Shown one piece after another: positions 34,762 to 43,716 of a stretch of DNA of 61,423 bases (position 1 is its first letter; every line of letters begins with the position of its first letter). Both the position numbers and the translations under genes were made by a program. The notes under the pieces are model-generated. The model was not told where the DNA came from. It was given only the letters and a program-made list of their open reading frames with translations, and did no database searches. The stretch comes from an uncultured Rickettsiales bacterium (GTDB lineage Bacteria; Pseudomonadota; Alphaproteobacteria; Rickettsiales; SXRF01): NCBI GenBank assembly GCA_964624555.1, contig CAZUXB010000001.1, positions 1 through 61,423 of the forward strand. Reading direction: 5' to 3'.

Positions 34762-35979
34762 ATGCCTCTGAAAACTATATATAACTATAATTTTGCAAAA
34801 GCACCTAATAATAACGTTTTCCGTGAGCAATTTTTTGCCCGAACCCTGACGCTGGCTGACCTCAAAATCATCCATGATTATCTACAACAAAAAAGCATAA
34901 ATATCGCCGGGTATAATATTCCCGCCGCTATTCACCTTAAAAGCCACGAACAAAGCAACCTGATGCCGCTTGTTGTGCTGGCGCAGCTACATGGTAACGA
35001 ACCGGCTGGCCTTGCCGGTATTGCCCTCGCCATCGCACTGTCTGAAGCGGGCCTGCTGAAGCGTGACGTTATCGGGATTATTGGCAATCCTCTGGCCGCA
35101 AAACAATATTTCACAGCATGGGAAAAAGCTCCAACCGCAAGGCAGGAAACACGCGATGCTTTCCGCTGCGGCCTGGACGAAAACGGGAATCTGCTGCCCG
35201 ATGGCAACCGTATTCCCATTGATTTCATGACACGTACCGACAACAGCGCACATACCATGCGCGCACGCGAATTATGGCATCTCGGCCAGAATATTTCCGG
35301 GATACTGGATATACATTCTGCCCGCGGCAACATGACCTGCATCACCGACCATAAAAATGACCGCGACCTGCAATACAGCCCAATAAGGGCCGTCCTTACC
35401 GAGCTTGCTGAAGCAATTTCTGCCAATTCTTCGGGAAACGTAACTGTACAAACCTTAAAAACCATTCTCCACCCGCTGCCCAACCTCGCCTGCCAGACCG
35501 GCATTGAAGCTGGCCGCCATGAAGACCCGAATGCGCCATATATGGCCGCTGCCTTCACGCTCGCCACCTTATATAAGCAGGGCATAACCGATATAAAACC
35601 ACTCGCAAGCAATGATGATGGAGTTTTTAAACGCTATAGCGTACAGCCGCGGATAACCTATGCTGATTTAATTCATGATGGTGTGTTGCAACCGGGCGAT
35701 GAAATATACATGGCACATGAAAACAACGGGAAGATAGAAAATTACCAGTATGATGAAATGCAGGAAATCAGCAAAGGACAGGTAGTCGCAATTGCAAGGC
35801 CGTCCGGTGTTGTGTTTCGCGCCCCTTCAGATTTTTCCGGGATATTTTTCAGTAAGCCCGGCGCCCTTTACGATAAAGACCCAGCAGTAGGTCCATGGCC
35901 CTTTTACGCCGAAAAGCTTCAAACTGTGAAATTCTGTTATCCATGCCTGGTAACAGATATGAAGGTTGATTTTTCCTGA
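34762..35979 (+). CDS. Succinylglutamate desuccinylase/aspartoacylase-family zinc hydrolase (AstE-like, long form)
   Basis: 405 aa. M14-type LHGNEPAG zinc motif and DIHSA. Start codon lies 2 bp from the divergent astB start. Confidence 0.65.
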   Translation: MPLKTIYNYNFAKAPNNNVFREQFFARTLTLADLKIIHDYLQQKSINIAGYNIPAAIHLKSHEQSNLMPLVVLAQLHGNEPAGLAGIALAIALSEAGLLKRDVIGIIGNPLAAKQYFTAWEKAPTARQETRDAFRCGLDENGNLLPDGNRIPIDFMTRTDNSAHTMRARELWHLGQNISGILDIHSARGNMTCITDHKNDRDLQYSPIRAVLTELAEAISANSSGNVTVQTLKTILHPLPNLACQTGIEAGRHEDPNAPYMAAAFTLATLYKQGITDIKPLASNDDGVFKRYSVQPRITYADLIHDGVLQPGDEIYMAHENNGKIENYQYDEMQEISKGQVVAIARPSGVVFRAPSDFSGIFFSKPGALYDKDPAVGPWPFYAEKLQTVKFCYPCLVTDMKVDFS

Positions 35980-37501
35980 TGTAAACCGTTGCCACTTCAT
36001 CATGGTAGACCTGCATCCAGCTATCGCGGTACAAACCTTTATCGTAATCTTTGACAAAACCACGGCCATTACCCAGCAGAAGCACATCAATATGATATGG
36101 CTCTAAAATTTTTTGCCAGTCTTTCTCAAGCTCAACGAAGGCAAGATAATCAATCATGATATTTTCGGTGTAAACGGTACCGGCACGCCCATCCAGGAAC
36201 ACAGGAAAACTTCCCCTGGTTTCATAAATTATCCGGCCGCCAAAATTCCAGTCATTCAGAACGTGTGCTCCACGATAGCGATCCTTAACATAATTAACTG
36301 CCGGCATTGGTGATTCTTTGGCATGTTCCAGATAATGCTCTGTCCCCAGAACAGGAAGTAAAAAATAACTGCCGAGCAAAACTACAGGAGCCAAAACAGC
36401 TGCGGCCGGGGAAAATTTTTTATTGTTGATCCAGACAGATATCTTACGGGTATTGCTGTCTTTCTGGTTATCTGCCGGTAAATTCAATGCAATGTAGGGA
36501 GCGCCCAGAACCGAGAGGAATCCTATATTCCTTACGGAAAAAAACATGGCAACCAAACAGATAACGGCCAGCACCTTATCAGCGACCAGTATTCTGCTGT
36601 CCCTGAAATTACCGAAAATCACAAACACCAGCAACCACAGCGAAGGCCCCATGAAACTACCAAAAACAAATGGCTGCCATTCAAAAACATATTTAACTAT
36701 AACACTACCCATAGTTCGTAAAACCCCGGTAATAACATGTAGACCGTAGGGATTTACCAGTATTGCCAGAGCACATAAAATGCTAATCTGAAAGAGTTTT
36801 ATAAACCATTCATTGCCAGCAAGTTCTTTAATCAACAAAACGGCAGTAATTTTATTTTCCCCGGCACGTAATTTCAGCGCAGTAATAGTGCTATAAATTA
36901 CTTCTACCCCATAGGCACCGATAACTATAAAACCCACAAAGAAGCTGCCATGAATATTCACCCATAACATCATCAAGAATGGTAAGGCACCAATTTTCCA
37001 CGTCATATGATCACTACGGCTGGTATAAAGGATATTATAAAAGAAAAATGCCAGGAACATGGCAATTATCTGCGGCCTTCCGGTAGCAAATTCCAGCATG
37101 CTGTAAGTAGCTATCATCCCGGTAAAAATAAGCGCATTTATACCGATGCCACCACGTTTTTGCAGACCAGCAATGAGCAACGCCACCAGTAAAGCCGGTA
37201 GTGCGTTGGCAAACACAAATAGCCCCTGAATCCCAACCTTATCATGCACATAAGATAGGACAATATCCCATAGCCAGGATAGATTGTACCATGTCTGGTC
37301 GCTACCGGAAAAAGACCAGACATCGCGTGCGGGAATACCGCCAATATTGCGGATCAAGTCGCCAGCCGCAATATGCCAGCCCATGTCCGGGTCTTGCAAA
37401 ATAGGCGCCCCATTACTGTAAACAGTGATAAAGCTGACTATAAATGCTAACAGGACCAAAGGTGTCGGCAGGTATTTTTGCAATTTTTCCATTTTATTCA
37501 A
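35849..37501 (-). CDS. Polytopic membrane protein of unknown function (GT-C-like topology)
   Basis: 550 aa. About 11 hydrophobic segments followed by a soluble C-terminal domain of about 150 aa. N-terminal DPDMGWHIAAGD loop. No family assigned with confidence. Confidence 0.55.
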   Translation of the reverse strand: MNKMEKLQKYLPTPLVLLAFIVSFITVYSNGAPILQDPDMGWHIAAGDLIRNIGGIPARDVWSFSGSDQTWYNLSWLWDIVLSYVHDKVGIQGLFVFANALPALLVALLIAGLQKRGGIGINALIFTGMIATYSMLEFATGRPQIIAMFLAFFFYNILYTSRSDHMTWKIGALPFLMMLWVNIHGSFFVGFIVIGAYGVEVIYSTITALKLRAGENKITAVLLIKELAGNEWFIKLFQISILCALAILVNPYGLHVITGVLRTMGSVIVKYVFEWQPFVFGSFMGPSLWLLVFVIFGNFRDSRILVADKVLAVICLVAMFFSVRNIGFLSVLGAPYIALNLPADNQKDSNTRKISVWINNKKFSPAAAVLAPVVLLGSYFLLPVLGTEHYLEHAKESPMPAVNYVKDRYRGAHVLNDWNFGGRIIYETRGSFPVFLDGRAGTVYTENIMIDYLAFVELEKDWQKILEPYHIDVLLLGNGRGFVKDYDKGLYRDSWMQVYHDEVATVYIRKNQPSYLLPGMDNRISQFEAFRRKRAMDLLLGLYRKGRRAY

Positions 37502-39090
37502 AACTTATTGGTTATTGGGTAACGACGGTCTTTGCCAAACAGCATATGGGATATTTTCACCCCGGGGCAGGACTGGCGGCGTTTATATTCCGACAGGCGT
37601 ACCAGACGCAATACTTTATCCACAGTTTTAGCATCATGTCCAGTGGCAATGATCTCCTGCGCACAAAACCTCATATCTATATGTTTTTCAAGGATATCAT
37701 CAAGGATATCATAGGGCGGCAGGTTATCTTCATCCTTCTGCCCGGGTTTGAGTTCAGCACTTGGTGCCTTGCTGATACTACGCTTGGGTATAACAACCTC
37801 CTGCGTATTGCGCCACTTTGCCAGCTCATAAACCTGCATTTTATAAATATCTTTAAGCACATTGTAACTACCGCAGCTATCACCATAAAGGGTCGAATAA
37901 CCAACCGCTATCTCCGATTTATTGCCAGTGGAAAGCAGCAAGGCACCGCTGCTGTTGGAAAGCCCCATCAATATTATTCCGCGCAGGCGTGCCTGTAAAT
38001 TTCCGCCTATTTCCGGCTGCTCCATCCAATCTTTTTTGCCAAATTCCGTGGAGAGCAGTTTATCGAACATTTCCATACCGGGAGTTATAGGAATAGTTTT
38101 TGTCTCAATACCCAAAAGCTGCGCGCTTTCCATGGCATCGTCGATACTATGCTGCGCCGTATATGGTGATGGAAGCAGCACACCGAGAACATTTTTGGCA
38201 CCCAACGCATCCACCGCGCAGGCAGCAGTGAGAGCCGAATCTATACCGCCGGAAAGACCGAGCAGAACCTTGGAAAAACCGTTCTTACGGACATAGTCGG
38301 CAAGGCCTAGTTTCATCGCGTTCCATATCTGCCAGTTGTCATCATGGACAACATGCTGCATGTTTCCGCTGTTTTGTAATGCTTCCTTGAATTGAGGAAG
38401 TTCGCCAGTCAATTGCCCCTGTGCAGTGACTGCAAATGAACCGCCATCAAATACGATATCATCCTGCCCGCCGACAGTGTTTACATAAAATAACGGCGCA
38501 TTCGCAGCTGCGGCGGCTTTTTTTGCCACTGCTAGCCTCTGCTTGTATTTTCCGGTCTCAAATGGCGAAGCATTTATTACAAAAACCGCCTGCAAATCCT
38601 GATTTTTAAGCTGGTAAATAATTTCATCGTGCCATACATCTTCACAGATTAGTATGGCAATTTTATGCCCGCGCCAACCTATGATAGTTGTTCCGCTTCC
38701 GGAACTGAACAAACGTTTTTCATCAAATATCCCGAAATTGGGGAGCATGGTTTTAGGCTGCATATGTACAATTTTACCACCGTCAAGCAGCAACGCAGCA
38801 TTGTGTATTCTGCCTTCGACTTCCCACACACAGCCTATTATCAGCGCCGCACCATTTGCAGTTTTTTTTGCAATATCGGCCACCGCCGCCATAGCTTGCT
38901 TACGAAATTCTGGCATCAGCACCAAGTCTTCAGGGGGGTATCCGGTCACGCATAGCTCAGGAAACACCACCAGCTGCGCGTCATCCTTACCGGCTTTTTC
39001 CCATGCCTGCAAAATTTTTGCGCTGTTACCAGCAATATCACCAACGGTGGAGTTTATCTGGGCAAGGGCTATTTGTGGAAACGTGGTCAT
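37498..39090 (-). CDS. nadE: Glutamine-dependent NAD+ synthetase
   Basis: 530 aa. N-terminal CN-hydrolase domain (FPELCVTGY, CED) plus synthetase domain SGGIDSAL. Confidence 0.92.
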   Translation of the reverse strand: MTTFPQIALAQINSTVGDIAGNSAKILQAWEKAGKDDAQLVVFPELCVTGYPPEDLVLMPEFRKQAMAAVADIAKKTANGAALIIGCVWEVEGRIHNAALLLDGGKIVHMQPKTMLPNFGIFDEKRLFSSGSGTTIIGWRGHKIAILICEDVWHDEIIYQLKNQDLQAVFVINASPFETGKYKQRLAVAKKAAAAANAPLFYVNTVGGQDDIVFDGGSFAVTAQGQLTGELPQFKEALQNSGNMQHVVHDDNWQIWNAMKLGLADYVRKNGFSKVLLGLSGGIDSALTAACAVDALGAKNVLGVLLPSPYTAQHSIDDAMESAQLLGIETKTIPITPGMEMFDKLLSTEFGKKDWMEQPEIGGNLQARLRGIILMGLSNSSGALLLSTGNKSEIAVGYSTLYGDSCGSYNVLKDIYKMQVYELAKWRNTQEVVIPKRSISKAPSAELKPGQKDEDNLPPYDILDDILEKHIDMRFCAQEIIATGHDAKTVDKVLRLVRLSEYKRRQSCPGVKISHMLFGKDRRYPITNKF

Positions 39091-39102
39091 GCTAGACTTT
39101 TC

Positions 39103-39230
39103 TTATAAAATCATTTTGGCAAAAAAGCGCGAAGCGATGGACACCGAAAAGTATGAGCGTACTCTTAGTACGTGACTTGCTTTGAGGAGGCTCCATCGCA
39201 AGCAGATTTGAAGCTAAAATGGTTTTATAC
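39103..39230. repeat. Long (~128 bp) nested imperfect palindrome between etfA stop and nadE start
   Basis: Outer arms TTATAAAATCATTTTGGC / GCTAAAATGGTTTTATAC. Inner arms GCGATGGA / TCCATCGC. Central hairpin CGTACT-CTT-AGTACG. Confidence 0.75.
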
Positions 39231-39236
39231 AAAAGT

Positions 39237-40169
39237 CTACAGTTTTAACATCTGCTCTAACTCAGGTAAAGCAGTTTGCCACTCGGCGACAAGGCCATAA
39301 TCGGCAATTTCGAATATAGGAGCGTTCTCGTCTTTGTTTATGGCTACTATAACCTTGCTGTCTTTCATCCCGGCAAGATGCTGAATCGCCCCGGAAATAC
39401 CAATGGCTATATAGAGATCAGGCGCAACCACCTTCCCGGTCTGCCCCACCTGGTAGTCGTTGGAAACATAACCGGCATCCACCGCCGCACGCGATGCACC
39501 GATACCAGCTCCCAGAATATCAGCCAGTGCTTCTATTTTCTTGAAATTCTCCGCCGAGCCAAAACCGCGCCCGCCGGAAACCACGATACGCGCCGAAGTA
39601 AGCTCCGGACGCTCGGATTTATTTTCCTGAATCGAAACAAAGCTGGAAAGTTTTCCATCAGGCAGCGAAGCGATAGATTCTATGGATGCACTACCGCCAA
39701 TGGCCGCCGCCGGGAAAGCCGTCTGGCGCACGGTAATGACTTTGACCGCGTCCGTTGCCTGCACCGTTTCCAGCGCATTGCCAGCATATATAGGGCGCAT
39801 GAAAGTATCAGGCGAAATCACTTTTATTATTTCAGATACCTGTGAAACATCCAGCAAGGCTGCCGCACGCGGCATTATATCTTTTCCGGTAGTAGTGGCA
39901 GTGGCAACGATATGCGAATAATTATTGCCTATGCTTGCTATTAGCGGAGCCATATTTTCAGCAAGAGGATAAGCATAATGCGGAGCTTCCGCGTGCAACA
40001 CCTTGCTTACTCCTGCAACCGCTGCCGCCTGCTTAGCCGCTTCGGAAGCATCGGTGCCAGCTACCAGCACATGGATATCGCCACCAAGCTGCCCAGCCGC
40101 CGTTACTGCATGCAGCGTAGCAGTGTTGAGCTTGCTATTGTTATGTTCGGCGAGTACGAGAATGGTCAT
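39237..40169 (-). CDS. etfA: Electron transfer flavoprotein alpha subunit
   Basis: 310 aa. FAD-binding C-terminal motif [21 protein letters not shown]. Overlaps etfB by 4 nt. Confidence 0.93.
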   Translation of the reverse strand: MTILVLAEHNNSKLNTATLHAVTAAGQLGGDIHVLVAGTDASEAAKQAAAVAGVSKVLHAEAPHYAYPLAENMAPLIASIGNNYSHIVATATTTGKDIMPRAAALLDVSQVSEIIKVISPDTFMRPIYAGNALETVQATDAVKVITVRQTAFPAAAIGGSASIESIASLPDGKLSSFVSIQENKSERPELTSARIVVSGGRGFGSAENFKKIEALADILGAGIGASRAAVDAGYVSNDYQVGQTGKVVAPDLYIAIGISGAIQHLAGMKDSKVIVAINKDENAPIFEIADYGLVAEWQTALPELEQMLKL

Positions 40170-40915
40170 ATGACTTTTGCCTCGTTCCTCAGTTTATCGA
40201 CCAGTTCGGCAACGTCTTTGACCTTACCACCGCCGGTGCGTTTTTTCGGTTCTTCAAATTTCAGGTGGTTCTGGCGCGGCGTGGTATCAATTCCCAACTC
40301 GGCGACAGCAATTTTAGCAAGCGGCTTGCTGCGCGCTTTCATGATGTTGGGCAGCGTGGCATAGCGCGGTTCATTAAGGCGCAAATCGGTGCTTATTACT
40401 GCCGGAAGCGGTAATTTAACCGTCATCAGGCCGCCGTCAATTTCGCGGGTAACAATGGCAGCACCATTTTCTATAACTATTTTGGAAGCAAAAGTCCCCT
40501 GCCCCCAACCGAGAAGCCCGGCGAGCATCTGGCCGGTCTGGTTGGCGTCATCATCAATGGCCTGTTTGCCGATAATGACCAAATCAGGCTTTTCCTGCTC
40601 CACTAATTTTGCAAGAATTTTCGTGGCACCAAGAGGCTGGATTTCAACTTCGCTGGTAACCAATATCGCCCGGTCGGCGCCCATAGCTATGGCACTACGC
40701 AGAACTTCCTGCGCGGCATCCACGCCCAGGGAAACGGCGATAACCTCAGTGGCTATGCCTTTTTCCTTCAGCCGCACCGCTTCTTCCACGGCAATTTCAT
40801 CAAATGGGTTCATCGACATTTTAACGCCAGCGGTTTCCACGCCGCTGCCATCGGCTTTCACGCGAATGCGCACGTTATAATCAACGACTCGTTTTACGGG
40901 AACTAAGACTTTCAT
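40166..40915 (-). CDS. etfB: Electron transfer flavoprotein beta subunit
   Basis: 249 aa. Motifs [19 protein letters not shown] and [11 protein letters not shown]. Confidence 0.93.
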   Translation of the reverse strand: MKVLVPVKRVVDYNVRIRVKADGSGVETAGVKMSMNPFDEIAVEEAVRLKEKGIATEVIAVSLGVDAAQEVLRSAIAMGADRAILVTSEVEIQPLGATKILAKLVEQEKPDLVIIGKQAIDDDANQTGQMLAGLLGWGQGTFASKIVIENGAAIVTREIDGGLMTVKLPLPAVISTDLRLNEPRYATLPNIMKARSKPLAKIAVAELGIDTTPRQNHLKFEEPKKRTGGGKVKDVAELVDKLRNEAKVI

Positions 40916-40955
40916 GTTGCTATACTAACAGCAAGTCTTTAATAAATAATTAATT

Positions 40956-41897
40956 TTACACTTTTGAGAAATAAGCTATTGCTTTATCAAGACCTCTATC
41001 CAACGCTATTTTAGGCTCCCAGCCTAACAATTCCCTAGCCAGTCGTATATCCGGCTGGCGCTGCTCGGGGTCATCCTGCGGCAGTGGTTTATAGGAAAGC
41101 GGCGATTTACTTCCGGTTTTTTCCAGTATCTTTTCGGCCAGTTCTTCCATGGTAAATTCATCAGGGTTGCCGAGATTTATTGGTCCGGTTATGCCCGCCT
41201 TACTTTCCATCATGCGAATGATTCCATCAACCATATCGTCAATGTAACAGAAGGAACGGGTCTGGGTACCGTCACCATAAATGGTGAGCGGCTGGCCGGA
41301 GAGAGCCTGGCAGATAAAATTGGAGATGACCCGGCCATCATCACGGCGCATCAGCGGGCCATAGGTGTTGAAGATGCGAACTATCTTTATGTCGACACCA
41401 TACTGGCGGTGGTAATCGAAACACAGGGTTTCGGCGGCGCGTTTGCCCTCGTCATAACAGGCACGCGGGCCAATGGTATTGACATTACCCAGATAACTCT
41501 CCGGCTGCGGATGTACCTCCGGGTTGCCGTAAACTTCGCTTGTGGAAGTTTGCAGTATCCGCGCCTTATGTTCGCGAGCGAGATCAAGCAGGTTCTTCAT
41601 GCCCAGTATATTTATCAGCATGGTGCGCACCGGGTCGGGCTGGTAATGCACCGGCGAGGCCGGGCAGGCAAGATTATATATCTCATCGAATTTTTGTCCA
41701 TTCGCCGCTATGAACGGAACCGTCACGTCATGCTCGATAATAGAAAATTTTCCACTGCCATGCAGTGCTTCAAGATTTTTGCGCGTACCAGTAAAAAAAT
41801 TATCGAAAGCAACTACATTATGCCCCCTCTGAACCAGAGCAGAACATAAATGTGAACCAATAAAACCAGCTCCACCGGCAACTAAAATATTCTTCAT
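40956..41897 (-). CDS. UDP-glucuronate decarboxylase (UDP-xylose synthase-like SDR)
   Basis: 313 aa. Motifs [23 protein letters not shown]. Confidence 0.85.
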   Translation of the reverse strand: MKNILVAGGAGFIGSHLCSALVQRGHNVVAFDNFFTGTRKNLEALHGSGKFSIIEHDVTVPFIAANGQKFDEIYNLACPASPVHYQPDPVRTMLINILGMKNLLDLAREHKARILQTSTSEVYGNPEVHPQPESYLGNVNTIGPRACYDEGKRAAETLCFDYHRQYGVDIKIVRIFNTYGPLMRRDDGRVISNFICQALSGQPLTIYGDGTQTRSFCYIDDMVDGIIRMMESKAGITGPINLGNPDEFTMEELAEKILEKTGSKSPLSYKPLPQDDPEQRQPDIRLARELLGWEPKIALDRGLDKAIAYFSKV

Positions 41898-41964
41898 CGG
41901 GCTGTTATATAACGGAAAATCCTACTTGTCACCCCTGGTTTTTGCTTATTTTCAGCAAAATAAC

Positions 41965-43617
41965 CTAGCTATTCCTTACATTGGCAAGGAATTTATCAAC
42001 TTCACTGCGCAAAGTTTCAGATTGCTTCGATAACTCACTGGATGCATTCATCATTTCCGATGCAGCTACTCCGGTATCCTGCGATGCCCTGGATACATCA
42101 GCAGTATTCTTTATCACCTGTTCGCTACTATCAGCCGCTTGTTGCACGTTACTTGCAATATCCTTGGTTGCAGCCCCCTGCTCTTCTACCGCCGCAGCAA
42201 TGGTGTTGGATATTGAATTTATTTCATATATCTTGCTACTGATGGTCTTGATAACACCGACAGTATCCGCAGTTGCACCCTGAATAGCGCTGATATATTG
42301 GGAAATTTCCTCAGTGGCCTTGGTGGTCTGCCCGGCAAGGTTTTTAACTTCGCTGGCCACCACAGCAAAGCCTTTACCGGCATCCCCAGCACGGGCAGCT
42401 TCTATAGTCGCATTAAGTGCCAACAGGTTAATCTGTGAAGCAATAGAATTGATCATTTCGACCACTTCACCGATCTTCTGCGAAGCACTGCTTAAACCCT
42501 GCGCGGTCTTGTCGGCACTTTCAGCATCATGCACGGCACTGGAAGTAATGTGGGTGGCTTTAGATATCTGGCTACTTATTTCATTTATCGCCGCCGATAG
42601 TTCATTGGTAGCTCCAGATACCATATTTATATTGCTGCTGGTACCGCCAATCTGGGTGGAAAGTATGCTAAGTTTCATTTTGCTGGATTCAGCATTCTGG
42701 GCAACAGATTTTGATGATGCCTCCATTTCATTTGCGGCCGATGCCACCATATCCACTACGCTTTTCACCGCTGATTCAAAATTATCAGCCAACTCAAGGC
42801 GAGCAATGCGGCGCTCTTCCGAAGCTTTCTTTTCACTTTGCACTTTTTCTTCGTTTAACCTGGATACACGAAGAGAATTTTCTTTAAACACCTGTACCGA
42901 ACGTGCCATCTCACCCATTTCGTCCTTGCGTCCCAGATAGGGAATTTCGACAGAATTATTGCCACCAGCCAATTCTGTCATTGCCTTCATTGATTTATCG
43001 AGAGGAACAAATATAGAAAATCTGGTAAATAAAGGTATGAATATAGCTACAACCATCAAAAAACCTAACGCTATCTGCGAATAGGTATTATAGACACCTG
43101 ATTCCTTACTAATTTTATCTGACCAGGCCATTATCATATCGTCGGCTTTTCTCTGGTCTTCTTCAAGTACGCTAAAAACTCTGTTAAACTCAGGAAGCAT
43201 TGTAAGCGCCTTGTCGTAATTACCAGCTTCACCAACAATTCTATTGCTATAATCAGCATACTCAGCCACCGACAGCTTAACTTTCTCAAGTTGCTTCTTT
43301 ATATCATCAGGGATTTTTTCGGTAAGATTTTTGTCGACAATCTTCGCGAATTCCTCCGACATATCTTTTACTTCTTCCCGTGATGATTTTAGCAACTCAC
43401 CATCACCGGTTTTGGCTGCTACCAATGCACTATAGACATTGCCGCGTATCCCATCATGCTTCATATCCCCATCCATATGGCGCTGAACGACTTGGAACGC
43501 AATATCCTGTGCATCGGATATTTGTTCGTCCATATAAATCAGATATTTTGAGAGGCCAACTACGCTTACTAATACTATGCCAAGAATAATAAATTTGGTT
43601 TTAAGAGAGAGAGGCAT
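41965..43617 (-). CDS. Methyl-accepting chemotaxis protein
   Basis: 550 aa. Two TM segments flank a sensor domain of about 170 aa, followed by HAMP and the signalling hairpin [32 protein letters not shown]. Confidence 0.88.
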   Translation of the reverse strand: MPLSLKTKFIILGIVLVSVVGLSKYLIYMDEQISDAQDIAFQVVQRHMDGDMKHDGIRGNVYSALVAAKTGDGELLKSSREEVKDMSEEFAKIVDKNLTEKIPDDIKKQLEKVKLSVAEYADYSNRIVGEAGNYDKALTMLPEFNRVFSVLEEDQRKADDMIMAWSDKISKESGVYNTYSQIALGFLMVVAIFIPLFTRFSIFVPLDKSMKAMTELAGGNNSVEIPYLGRKDEMGEMARSVQVFKENSLRVSRLNEEKVQSEKKASEERRIARLELADNFESAVKSVVDMVASAANEMEASSKSVAQNAESSKMKLSILSTQIGGTSSNINMVSGATNELSAAINEISSQISKATHITSSAVHDAESADKTAQGLSSASQKIGEVVEMINSIASQINLLALNATIEAARAGDAGKGFAVVASEVKNLAGQTTKATEEISQYISAIQGATADTVGVIKTISSKIYEINSISNTIAAAVEEQGAATKDIASNVQQAADSSEQVIKNTADVSRASQDTGVAASEMMNASSELSKQSETLRSEVDKFLANVRNS

Positions 43618-43716
43618 GTATTCACTTCCTGTGATATGTTATAGTTATAACGACTAGTATCATTTTAGCACAGGTTAATTAAAAATTAGTTAAACAGATG
43701 ATGGGTTTTACGTCAC

